NCBI GenBank assembly: GCA_951406725.2
Contig: OX597835.1
Location: 39,494,001 to 39,558,000 of the forward strand
DNA from: Octopus vulgaris
Taxonomy: Eukaryota
Length of the DNA: 64,000 bases
Direction: 5' to 3'
The notes below the pieces were generated by a model that saw only the letters and a list, made by a program, of their open reading frames with translations, had not been told where the DNA came from and did no database searches. Shown piece after piece: positions 26,840-40,600 of the stretch. Position 1 is the first letter of the stretch; each line of letters begins with the position of its first letter. A program made the translations under genes and the position numbers.

Positions 26840-27759
26840 TATATATACATATATATGCATAAATATATACGTATATATATACATATATATATATATATAT
26901 ACATATATACACACACACACACATATATATATGTGTGTATATATATACACCTACATAGAATACGAAAGAGGGAAAGAAAAAGAAAGAATGAGAGAGAGAG
27001 CAAAAGGTGTGAATGCATTCGAATACAATACGCATTTCCAGTTGATTTAACTTCTAATTTCTTGAGTAGATATATGATTCCACGTGACACGAGATAGATT
27101 TTTATGTCATTTCTGTATTTCACGCCTGATAGATATATTGATCACAATGATTGTTCATACTTAAATGGAGTCAGTTTTTGAAAAAAAAAAGAAAAAAGTA
27201 GAAAAGAAAAAATTATTAAATTGAGACTCAAACTCATATATGTCTATTGACTTGAAAACAAATATAATCGCACAATTCAAGAGAAGCACATATACTATGT
27301 TCTACACAGAATTACTCCACATATATACAGAGAGGAATGCCTTCAAAAAGGCAGATAAACGGAGGAGTATGATAATCAGTTAGACCAAGGGAGATAATAG
27401 TTATGAGATTACTTCTTTAACGCGTCGTCAGGGAATATCAAGGAAAGGACGTGTTACAGGTTTAGTTATATTTTATATTCACGGTTGCCAGTCAGCCGGT
27501 TATATATAACAGCTGAAACGTCTGAATATCTCTACTTAGCAACCTACACGGAAATGTCTTTACAAATGAAATAAAAATACTTCCGGCCAAAAGTTTAAAA
27601 TTTATTTGGTTTTTAATTCTATTGTAAAACTCTACTTGTATATTATAGTTTAATAATCACAACTGAACGCCAGCGATTCAATTTAAGTTTTGGCGCCTCG
27701 TCACGAACAGCGGTCGGATGTTTCTGATGCAATCCAGAATGATAGTACAGGTCGAGTCA

Positions 27760-28190
27760 AATCAGATTTAGGAACATGCGCCATTACATCCACCATTTGT
27801 CGATATTTACTCGGGTCAGTTCCCATCTCCACGAAATACTCATCTATTCGCCGTTACCATGAGGCACGTAGCCCACCAACATGAGCTGTCGCCCCAGTCA
27901 GATCCTCAGAGAAGAGGACACGGTCAGCAGAACCCAACTCTGAAAATCGAGCAATATGACAGAACAGTTTAAAGCTAAGCTGACACTCTCGAATCATACA
28001 TAACCCAGTTCCTGAGTATATTCTGAGTGTATTCGTTTCTGAGTGTATTCTTTGATTGGTTACGAAATCTGACCAATGGCAGCCCATTATCCAGCAAAGC
28101 CTTCTGGTACAAAAAGAGTTCAGACAGCCCCAAACGGTCCCAGACAGTGATCAAGTCTTGCAATTTTAGTGCAAGACAGGGAGGACCAAA
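27760..28190 (-). mobile_element. RTE-clade LINE 3' end
   Basis: The minus strand reads LFCHIARFSELGSADRVLFSEDLTG...VGGLRASW*RRIDEYF. Confidence 0.75.
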
Positions 28191-29003
28191 GATCTGAAGA
28201 TTTGAAACGTTGTCCTACTCAGATATCAGCAGCAACAAACACCCTTGTCCAGTGAGCCCACAACAGCACAAACACTCCTAAGTCTTTTTAAGACTTCTAA
28301 CTCACATTTAATGTTGCTATGGATTACACTGATGAGATAAGTGACGTGATCAATAAATTTGACATTCTCACTCGCAAGATTGGTCTACGGGAACAAATTA
28401 ACTCGTATATCGATGCATTACTGTATATTACTTATATCTTACAAAATATTTCTTCATTTGGAGATGGTTTAGTATTTAAAAACAGCAACAACAGTAATAG
28501 AAGCGTTCATAAACCACTATCAGCTGTTGGAGCTGTTGCTCGGCCTAGGGTCAACAGTGCTTGTGGAAACATCACCAATGCCGTAACCATATTATCTAGT
28601 TTGGTAAATCTAGGTTTGCAATGTTCAATGTGTCCTTCATATTTTTTTACGAGAATAATTTATGAATTTCAGGAAATTTCATCTGTTGTTTCTAGCAGGT
28701 CAAATGAGCAAGTAGAGGCATCGATTGGTTGTCACCGGATGTCTGAAAGATAAGATTATGATCGTTTGACCTTTTATGGTAAGCATTTGGAATGGTGACC
28801 TCTGTGCTTTTAACTGTGCAAATCACGAATTGTTGAGAAGAATGGTGTAACAATGGCGAGAGGCTTTTGTATGATATCCATGGCGTATTTTAAACAATAC
28901 ACACTAGCTCGTGACTTTTATGAATGCGGTAAGCGGTAGGTCGGTAGATGAGTCTAGGAATACACACGCACGCACACACATAGACACATATACACACACA
29001 CAT

Positions 29004-29056
<53 letters not shown>

Positions 29057-29190
29057 CCTTTATATATATGGGTGTGAATGAAATGGATGCATATATACAT
29101 CTACGTGTGCATATATATATGACATGAATATTTATACCTATATATACGTGTGTGTTTTTGTGTGTATGCGTGCGTGTTCAGCATGATCGA

Positions 29191-29254
<64 letters not shown>

Positions 29255-29265
29255 ATATATATATA

Positions 29266-29296
<31 letters not shown>

Positions 29297-29512
29297 AACA
29301 TATACATGCATGTCAAAATATATGGATGTATATAGACGTTGATATATACAATATAATATAGTATTTACACACATACACACACACACACACACAATTTTGC
29401 TTCGCACTCATCAGATGACGACACTCGAATTCCGATAACGTAATGGCTTCCTCAACTTTAAAGTGTCAATTCTGTTCTGAATACTTAAAAACGTTTACAT
29501 GAATGCATAAGC

Positions 29513-29583
<71 letters not shown>

Positions 29584-29814
29584 TTTAGTAAAGTTAGAGG
29601 TTGGAATAATCGTTTAAGGGATATATATATATATATATATTGGCACAGGTGAGGTTGTGTAGGAGGACGCTTGCTTCCCAACCACGTTTCCGAGTTCATG
29701 TCCGATTGCGTGGCACCTTGGGCAAATGTCTTTTACAATAGCTTCGGGCCGATCAAAGCCTTGTGAGAGATGTTTCAGCTTGGCTGCAGTCTAATGACTG
29801 AAACAATTAAAGGA

Positions 29815-29868
<54 letters not shown>

Positions 29869-29943
29869 ACACACACACGCACACACATATATGCATTTGG
29901 TTTGCAAGATTCTTTATGCGAATTCGTGCGTTGAAGCATATTT

Positions 29944-30228
29944 TATTGTGTCTGAGGAGAGTCCGACTCTTTTAGTGGCTTATTATTTAACACACTCACC
30001 GCTTCGATTTCCTTTCATCTACTTATTTTTAATTTTTATAAAATTTTCGTTGCGTCTTGTAACCTTTGCAATAATTGTTGACTGTCCGGACAGTCAACAA
30101 CTATTGAAAGGTTTGCAAGACGCAACGAAAATTTTAGAAACAATAAATAAGTAAATGAACGGATAATTGAACTGGTGGGTGTGTTAACTAATAAGGCACT
30201 AAAAGTGAATGAATCTCCTCAGACAATA
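29944..30228. repeat. Imperfect 285-bp palindrome with a perfect, loopless 26-nt centre
   Basis: Centre ttgttgactgtcc|ggacagtcaacaa at 30075-30100; ends tattgtgtctgaggaga and tctcctcagacaata. Confidence 0.9.
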
Positions 30229-30270
30229 ATATATATATATATATAACACATGTATATAAATATATATATA

Positions 30271-30403
30271 AATTAGAGAAGAGCCACCATGTAGCAATTC
30301 AACAATGATATACTTAAATCACACCATATAGAAAAGAATTAAAGATATGATGTGATTTAAGTATATCATTGTTGAATTGCTACATGGTTGTTCTTCTCTA
30401 ATT
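30271..30403. repeat. Palindrome with about 55-bp arms between (TA)n tracts
   Basis: aattagagaagagccaccatgtagcaattcaacaatgatatacttaaatcaca and its reverse complement, with about 2 mismatches. Confidence 0.9.
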
Positions 30404-30404
30404 C

Positions 30405-30467
<63 letters not shown>

Positions 30468-30863
30468 TTAAAGTATATTTATTAATTAATTATTTAATTG
30501 CTTAATTGTTCTAGTTTATTTTTAACCTGATGAGTGACTATATTTATATCGAAGTGATTTCTCTACTATAATCATTTCTTAAATATAGTCACGAAACACG
30601 TGTCGTTATTCTACAAATTATATACGTTTTTATTATTATTTTTTTCCAGTTTACTTAATCATTGACATTTTATTATTATTTAATTTAAATATTTTTATTA
30701 TATATAATTTTCTAGTTGGTGTAATTTAATTGTTCATTTTGAATTGATAAAAGGTGTTTTTTTTTCTAATTTTTTAATATGTATATTATATTGTGTGAAA
30801 TTTGATTTAGTATTTCTAAATTGAATTTTTTCTTGTAAGTTTTGGATTTATTCCCTCAAGTGA

Positions 30864-31009
<146 letters not shown>

Positions 31010-31278
31010 TGTATATATATATTATGTCATTGTTATATCATTGCTATTTCATTGTTGAATTGCCCCCTAGTGGTTCTTCTCTAATTTATATACATACATT
31101 ATATATTGTGAAATTTGATTTATTATTACTAAATTGAATTTTTCCCTGCAAGTTTGCAATCATATTCCCTAATATTATGTTTATTATATGTATATATACA
31201 TATACACACACACATATACATGTGTACGTATGTATGTATGTATGTATGTATGTATGTATGTATGTATGTATGTATGTA

Positions 31279-32445
31279 TGGCAAATTTGAGGATAGCCTC
31301 AGACATATCGAAGAGGTATTGACAAACCTAGATCAGCACATCAACGTACTCTTCCTGGATGACTTCAACTTCCCACATGTTAATTGCTGGAAAGCCACAC
31401 TCTCTCTGTGGTGTCACTGCATGGACAAAAGCGTGTAGAGTCGTTGAACTTTCTAATGTGTTGTTCATGGAACAATTTATACTAAAGCCAACCAGGGGAA
31501 AAAACATCTTGGGCTTCACATATAATATGGAACTTATCCACAAAGTGGTGACGCCAACAGCTGGTATGTACCCTATCCGGAAGAGTTTCAATAAAGCAAA
31601 ATGAGAATCAATCCGCAAAAGGACCCACAAACGATACTGGTCCAACATTCCCTGTATGAAAGACATTAAGTTGAAACTCAGTATGTATATGTCAACGGTG
31701 CAAGCTATATGCACTAAATATACCCCAGTAAGAAAGGCCAGCATACCGACAAACAAGATTCCTAGGAACAGAAAATTCCTTGTGAAGCGCAGTTCAAAGG
31801 TCCCAAACCGGTTGAATAGACAACTGAAGGATAAGGAGAACTCTATCTTAATACAGGCACTCCTCTAGATATCGAAAACAAGATCACTCTCTCACGAAAA
31901 GGAAAGAGCAGAGAGAGAGAACAGGGTTGGGAAAAGTATAAAAACAAATCCCAAAGGGAAACACTCACAATACAATATAAAATAGGACCATTGTTCCGAG
32001 CGAATGACTCGCTGACCTTGGACCCATAAACGACAAGTGGGATACTCAGTCAGCAATTTAAAAGTATCTTCACCTCCCCTCTGCGACACATGCAGATATA
32101 AATCCCGGCTGAATTCTTTAATATTGCACCCCTACAAAAGAAGGCGGCGACCATCAATTACATCAACATTGATAAGACAGATGTAACAGCGTCCATAGCT
32201 GGTCCCGATGGCTTCCCAGCTTTTCTCCTAAAGTTATGTAAGCAGGTTTTAGCGAAACTACTTCAGATACTTTTCCAAAGTTTCCTTGCAAGTAGTATAC
32301 TTCCTAGAAAGCTTAAAAGAAGACATTATATGCCCCATTCCACAAAGGTGAAGGCAGAGCAGAGGCCCAAAATCTTCAGGTCAATCTCTCTGACTTTACA
32401 CATCAGTAATGTCATGAAACGAATCATCAGAAAGAAACCAGAAAC
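31279..32445 (+). mobile_element. Decayed CR1-group LINE (end of endonuclease through start of RT)
   Basis: Fragments LFLDDFNFPHVN, FMEQFILKPTRGKNIL, KTNPK, SQQFKSIFT and AGPDGFPAFLLKLCKQVLAKLLQILF, with many frameshifts. Confidence 0.85.
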
Positions 32446-32699
32446 TAACTGTACGTCAGGTTTTTTTTTTATATATGAATTTACTTTGTCCTAGACGTAA
32501 CTCTCAACAAGAACTAGGGGTCCATCATTTCCACTTGTTAATATTATAGTTATCGCATTGCTGGAGTCCTGGCAGATGCTACTACCCCAGTCAGAGTTGA
32601 GAACAGTTATGAGGAAGAAATGGTTCTACAATACTCAAAACCCTGAAACTCCTGAACCACAGTCCCATTATCGGATGCAGCTTAAAATCAAGCTGGGAC

Positions 32700-33165
32700 A
32701 TAGGGTAAAAGGTAAATGACCATGGGATTGCATCTAGAAAGTTCTCTGAGGTACAGGTCCGGGTAAGGTTTTTAATGGAAAATCAGCAGTCGTCCATGCA
32801 TACCACACCATTATATGTCCGTAGGATAAAAGGTGAAGCTACCCTTCGGTCATGAATGACCATGGGATTACACTTAGAAAGTTCCCTGAGGCACAGGTCT
32901 GGCTAAGGTTGTTTATGGAAGACTAGCCGTCACCCATGCATACCAGCCTCCCCTCTCCACGCCACCAGTGTTATCCAAAAGAAAGGCAAAGGCCAATACA
33001 GCTTGGCACAACTCATTTCTACAGACGAGTAAACTGGAACAACGTAAAATAAAGTGTCTTGCTCAAGAACACAACACACAGTTCGGTCTGGGAATCGAAT
33101 TCACTACCTGATGATTGTGATTCCGACGCTCTAACCACTGAGCCATGCGCCTCCACGCCGGGACA
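32700..33165 (-). mobile_element. SINE family C with a tandemly duplicated 3' tail
   Basis: aatgaccatgggatt...ccatgcatacca occurs twice (about 32715 and 32855); head ctctaaccactgagccatgcgcctcc at about 33130-33155. Confidence 0.85.
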
Positions 33166-33422
33166 TACATACATATATACATACATACATACATACATAC
33201 ATACATACATACATGAACAAGTTAACATGCACATTACAAATACAATCTGTCAGCGGAACAGTAAAGATATGCAAGACATTTCTCAAGTTCCAAATGGAAA
33301 TCTGCCTTTCTCTACATTCTCGCGATGGAGCTTTGTATCTTCGTTAGAAACCAGCTGCTTTCACACAAAAAGCCTTCAAATAATTATAAATAGAAGAGAG
33401 CATACGGTTTGAAGAGACATGT

Positions 33423-33447
33423 AGGGTTAGGGTTAGGGTTAGGGTTA
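33423..33447 (+). repeat. Interstitial telomeric-type repeat AGGG(TTAGGG)3TTA
   Basis: Four GGG runs at 33424, 33430, 33436 and 33442. Confidence 0.9.
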
Positions 33448-34354
33448 TCCCTGTTCAAAGTTGAACAGGGAAAGATTTTAACCAAAGGATAATGTAACTA
33501 ATCAGAAAATTTCACTGTAAGGAGGGCGTAGCGGGTTCGATTCCAGTAAAAAGGTTCACTTATTCCATTCTTCATTATCGATCTCAAAAGATTGCCTCCC
33601 AATGAATAAACTTAAATATTGGTTAGAGCATACACTTAAGAGTTAATTGATTTTTTATTGATCTTTCTGCTCATATACATGTATACATATTATGTATGCA
33701 TTTAAATATATAACACACATCATAACACATATATACATATATGTCATGTATTTTGTAATCACATATATTTATATATATATTATATTGTAAGTACCTATAT
33801 AATATATTAGATTACATAATATCATTCACATGCACACATACACAAGCACACATACATATGCATGTGTATAGCAGGTGTTAACGTAGTAACATGTATGTAT
33901 GTATGTACGTCTGGGTCTAGATGCCATAAGAATTTCCGAAAATCAGGGGAATTCACAAGGAGAGAGACGGGGGTATATATGGTTTACATTATATATATAT
34001 TATGAAGCAGAATGAATAACTATGATTTCAGAAAAACTCTTGAAATATATGCAATCAATGGTAAAACGAAGCATAAAATATAAAGAAAAAGAAGAGAAAA
34101 AACAACCAAAAATCAGCATACAAAGACTTGGCGGTATTCTTGGAAATTAGTATTGAACACTAAAAGAAGATCTCGCCAATAACTTTAATATAACACCTGG
34201 AGTTGAAATTGGTTTTTACAGAGGATATACAAGGCATCAAAGACTAACCAAAAACCAAGATTAATCGTGCAAGTACCGTCTCCCAAAATTGCTGAAGCCA
34301 GCCAGGAAATTAAGCGTCTGAACAAACACAGCCTAATGTGTATATGATATGAGG

Positions 34355-34357
<3 letters not shown>

Positions 34358-34395
<38 letters not shown>

Positions 34396-34546
34396 GGTGT
34401 GATGGGTGTGGGTGTGGTATGTATGGGTGTGTGTGTGTGGCGGGCGTTCGTGGGTATATGTATATATGTAAAGATATATATCATATATCATATATATATA
34501 TATGATGTATGAAATATATATCCTATATTGTATATATATATATATA

Positions 34547-34603
<57 letters not shown>

Positions 34604-34687
34604 TATATGTATATACGTATATATATATATATATACATTTATATATCTATATCTATCTATCTGTCTATATATATTCATTGATATAAA

Positions 34688-34765
<78 letters not shown>

Positions 34766-34905
34766 GGTGTGATGGGTGTGGGTGTGGTATGTATGGGTGT
34801 GTGTGTGTGGCGGGCGTTCGTGGGTATATGTATATATGTAAAGATATATATCATATATCATATATATATATATGATGTATGAAATATATATCCTATATTG
34901 TATAT

Positions 34906-34978
<73 letters not shown>

Positions 34979-35061
34979 GTATATACGTATATATATATAT
35001 ATATATATACATTTATATATCTATATCTATCTATCTGTCTATATATATTCATTGATATAAA

Positions 35062-35146
<85 letters not shown>
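34358..35146. repeat. Tandem duplication of a compound microsatellite block, period about 370 bp
   Basis: The anchor atgggtgtgatgggtgtggg...gcgggcgttcgtggg occurs at 34393 and 34763 with identical non-repeat linkers. Confidence 0.9.
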
Positions 35147-35149
<3 letters not shown>

Positions 35150-35313
35150 TATGTATGTATGTATACATGCATATAAACGCATAAATACATTTATGTATGT
35201 ATTTTGTGTATGTTTGTACATAGACATGTATATTTGATATATGCATATGTTTGTATATGTATATATGCTTGCATATACTATATGTATATGACTATATATG
35301 TATACATATATAC

Positions 35314-35344
<31 letters not shown>

Positions 35345-35705
35345 CATGTATGTGTGTGTGTGTACATATATGTTTACACATGCATATACAGACCGTACCC
35401 CAGATTGGTCCCGACGCTCGAGGTGAGATAAGTAAGACGAATATATGTGTGTGTGGGGAACGTGTGTGTGTGTGTTTGCGTGTGTGTGTGTGTGTGTGTT
35501 TGCGTGTGTGTGTGTGTGTGTGTGTGTGAGTGTGTATGCATGCATGTATGCATAAAAACATATGAAACAGCATATATACAGTATATATATCTGCTTACGT
35601 AAGCATGCTTATTTTTTTTCCATGTAAGAATACAAAATCTCGTTCATTCACGTCTGCACAAATTCATATTCGTATACATACACGTACAACCATGCGCGCG
35701 CACAT

Positions 35706-35776
<71 letters not shown>

Positions 35777-35837
35777 CGCTCACACGCATACACATACGCA
35801 CACAAACACAAATATAGATATACATATATAGCTATAC

Positions 35838-35907
<70 letters not shown>

Positions 35908-36335
35908 ATGTGTGTGTGTGTGTAGATAAATATATGCACATATTTATGCATAAACATGTGTATATACCCATGTGTGCTCGTATATAGATATTTTTATGTA
36001 CGTATATATAAATGTGTAGGCATACACATGCACAAACATGCATACATGCGTATGTACATAATTATGGTATTAATGTTGAGATATTTCTCATCAGCGGGTG
36101 TGTGGTATGTATATATGTTGGTATGACTATATATTTATATAATCATGTTTGCATGTATATATGTATGATGTATGGATATATATATATATATATATATCCA
36201 TACATCATACATATATATATATGTGTGTGTGTGTGTGTGTACGTGCGTGCATGTCTGTCTATATGTATATATATATATATTTATCTATCTATCTATCTAT
36301 CTACATAGATATATATATGCATGTATGAGTGTATG

Positions 36336-36399
<64 letters not shown>

Positions 36400-36639
36400 T
36401 ACACATACATATAACTTTGAATCTATGCTTCTATCTCCACAAAGGTATACGCATGTATATACATATGTAATATGCATGTAAACATACAAACATGCATGCA
36501 TATATGCATATATATATGCATGTATATACATGCATAAATAAATACACATTTAATTATATAATATATACACACACATATATATACATATTTATCTATATAT
36601 ACATGTATATATATATATACATTCACACACATATATGTG

Positions 36640-36712
<73 letters not shown>

Positions 36713-37375
36713 CACAACCATACATATAAATACGCAAGCATGTGTTTATTTACACATATAATTTGGGTGACATATTTATGTATTTTAGTAAAATGAACCT
36801 CAATTAAGAGAAGGTTTTCAAAGAGAAGTTCTGTAAGAATTGGCAACAACGGATTAACAACAGACGGGCGGAATGGGGTTCTCTTGCACAAATTGAGCAC
36901 CGACTGCCGTGTGTATGTATGTGCGTTTGTATCTATGTGTGTGTGTGTGTGTGTGTTTGTGTGTGTCTGTGTGTCTGTGTTCATGCGTATGTGAGTTTGT
37001 GTTTGTATGTGTGTTGCAATTGTCAGTTTACATATATGGAGATAGGCCAGCATGGGTGTAAATAAATAGATATAGACATGTATGTGTGTGTGTGTGAGTG
37101 TATTCGTGTCTATATATGGGTGAGTGAGTGCACGATTGTGTATGATTTTGTGCAAGAGAATATGCTCGTCCACATCTTCCATACGTCAGTAAACTTATAA
37201 TATATTGTATATATGTATATATGTATATGTATGCGCATGCCTATGAGTGTGTGTATGTGCGTCTATATGTATATATATATATGTATGTACATATATATAT
37301 GTATATATATATGTATATATAAATACATATATACACACATATATATACATACACACAAACACAGATATATATATG

Positions 37376-37415
<40 letters not shown>

Positions 37416-37540
37416 CATACATACATATATACATACATGCATACATACATACATAAATACATACATACATACATACATACATACATACATACATACATAC
37501 ATACATACGTACGTACATACATACATACATATATACGTGC

Positions 37541-37671
<131 letters not shown>

Positions 37672-37801
37672 AGAGAAGAACTGTTTTCCCACGCAGGAAA
37701 AATATATAGAAGAATTTGCATTTTTCTTTTTTGTTTTGGATTTTGAAAATGCACCTGAATCTCAAAACGTGTCATCGTTTTTAAATTTTGTAATAGATTT
37801 A

Positions 37802-38942
37802 TGAGGTGGTATCAAAAGTTTCCCGGACGAGTTATGTTAAAATAACTCACTTGCCCATGTTTTAACATTATTTCCTTCAAGATAGTCACCTTGCGCAGCA
37901 ATACAGTGGGTCCCAGTGTTGTTCCTGCCACTCTTGGAATCCAGCCTAGATATCGCTTTCCGTAAGTGAGTCGAGGCCCTTCTGTGATTCGTCCTGGATC
38001 TCGACAACGGTTTTAAAACGGTGACTTCTGGGCTGCATTTTCATTTTGGGGAAGAGTCCGCAGGTGCTAAATCTGGCGAATAAGGCAAGCGCTGGAGCGA
38101 CACCATGTTGTTTTTGGCGAAAAACTCACGAGTGAGGAGAGATCACTCGTCATGAAGAATCTCATTCTTTGCGTTCCACAGATTCTGTCGCTTTTGCCGA
38201 TTGTCCCCCGTCAAAAGGTTGTAGTAGAACTCTCGATCGGTGGCCTGGCCCTAGGAGACGAACTTCCGATGCACAATACCCCGATTGCCATCGGTGATGA
38301 TGCTCGACACGAAGGATGGGTCATCAGCGGTACGCTCACGGAGATCTTCACAGATTTCGACGCGATGTTCCTTCTGCTCAATGGTCAGCAGATGTGGGAC
38401 AAACTTGGTAGAGACGCGCCAACACATGTTCAATTTAGACGTTATGATTGCATGCACGGACCCATACGAGAGCCCAACAACATCAGGAATGTCTTTGATT
38501 GTCCTCCGAGGATCCCCATGCTCAAGCTGATAAATTTTTTCCATATTTTGCGGGTGACGTTCGTGGACGGTTTTCCAGTTCGTTCGTCGTTTTCCAGGAA
38601 CGTTCTTCCTGTTTTTTTGAAGTGCCTGTGTCACTCGAAACACTGCATACGACCCATTGCCTTGTCGCGTAAGCATGCTCACTGTCTCTGTAGCAAGCAT
38701 CGCAAGTTTAACACAAAATTTCACGTTGGCGCTTTGTTCCTGTCCATGACAAAATCGCAATCTACAGCATACACGTGATCACAAAAAGACAAATTTCACA
38801 ACTTGCAGGAGCAAACACAGAGATGTCACATGGCACACTGCCTCATGAAGGTCACTGCTAGCTCTCGCTGCGCACGCAACCATGTACTGCCATCTGTTGG
38901 TATGCTGCAGAACTAGTCCGGGAACGTTTTGACACCATATCG
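37802..38942 (-). mobile_element. Internally deleted mariner of the same family as 10236-11108, with both TIRs and TA duplication
   Basis: TA|tgaggtggtatcaaaagtttcccgg at the left and ccgggaacgttttgacaccatatcg|TA at the right. Minus ORF 38251-38760 encodes QEQSANVKFCVKL...VGLSYGSVHAII...VSTKFVPHLLTIEQKEHRVEIC. Confidence 0.93.
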
Positions 38943-39067
38943 TATTCAAATTCCAAACCGGTTTCCACAATTGTAAAAATAAATACATAAAGGGTTTTGG
39001 AGAGTTTCAAGTTAAAAGGTAAAATTCGGAAAAACATGGGTGTGTGTGTATGAGAGAGAGAGAGATA

Positions 39068-39119
<52 letters not shown>

Positions 39120-39463
39120 ATCGTTAACTTCTTTTAATCTTTAGATTGTAGGCATGAAAAAATTTTAATCGACGAAATCGAAAACAGTCGATTATAATTT
39201 TATTTTATTTTTGTTAAGCATGGAACACATTCTATCGATTTCTTTGGCCGAGCTGCTAAGTTACGAAGACATAAACACAACAATACCGGTGCTCAAACGG
39301 TGGTAGGGGATCCGAAACTCGGAGTTTTACCTTGGCTACCGAATAATTATCACATATTACATTTACAGATAAATTCCTCTATTCACATAATATCGAGGTC
39401 TCTTTCTTTCTTCTGTTATCTCACCGTTTTTATCAATATATATATACATATATATATATATAT

Positions 39464-39552
<89 letters not shown>

Positions 39553-39748
39553 GGGCTCAGAAAAATCTACTCTATATGCTGAAAAGAGACGCTAAATCGT
39601 GCAGCCACTAGAGAGAGTAAGCTAACGGAAATTCATAAAACTACAGTTAGCTCTGGATTGATCAATTTCTAGTGCGTAGAAATAAGTATAGACGATCCAC
39701 ATTAAGGTTCTGAGAAGGTAGAGCCGAGTGCCACTCCTGCTTTCCTTT

Positions 39749-39749
<1 letters not shown>

Positions 39750-39780
<31 letters not shown>

Positions 39781-40180
39781 TGTAGTAGTAGTAACAGCAG
39801 CAGCAGTAGTAGTAGTAGTGATGGTGGTGGTAGTGGAGCTGGTAGTAGAGGTGATGGGGTGGGGTGATGGCGGCGGCGGTGGTGGTGGCTGCCACGGGGG
39901 CGGCTGTGGTGGTTGATGTTGTAGTGATGGTGGTGGTCGTCGTCGTCGTCGCCGTCGCGACGTCATCATCTTCGTGTTTATTGTTTGTTTGTTTATTTGT
40001 TGTTAGCAGTGTATGTATATGTGTGTGTATGTGTGCATGTATGTGAGTTTGTGTCTGTCTGTGTGCTTGTATGTGTCTGTGTGTCTGTGTGCGTGTGTGT
40101 ATGCGTTATATCTCCAGTGTGTATGGCGGGTGTTCCATGGTAACCATCATGTTGATGGCGGTAATAATGAAGACGACAAC

Positions 40181-40222
<42 letters not shown>

Positions 40223-40337
40223 ATTCATAAGTTAAATGATAATAACGAAGAGTGGGGAGGTGACCGAAAATGTGCGAATGTTGGACGGGTGGAACAAAGA
40301 TGGAAATGCAAGGACGAAGGCAAGATAGTGGATGATA

Positions 40338-40408
<71 letters not shown>

Positions 40409-40424
40409 AATGATGATGATGATA

Positions 40425-40480
<56 letters not shown>

Positions 40481-40493
40481 GGTGGTGATGATA

Positions 40494-40524
<31 letters not shown>

Positions 40525-40600
40525 CGATGATGATGGTGGTGGTGGTGGGATGATGAACATCATGATAAGGATGATGATGGCGATGATGATGATGTCGATA
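39750..40600. repeat. (TAG)n/(GAT)n/(GGT)n trinucleotide field
   Basis: Direct reading; source of the poly-D, poly-S and poly-I ORFs. Confidence 0.95.

Noticed and set aside
34185-34345. Short protein-like frames on both strands (RLISWLASAILGDG / RIYKASKTNQKPRL)
   Set aside because: No recognisable domain and no convincing splice-site pair.
38152-38778. 208-aa plus-strand ORF
   Set aside because: It is the antisense of the mariner transposase relic.
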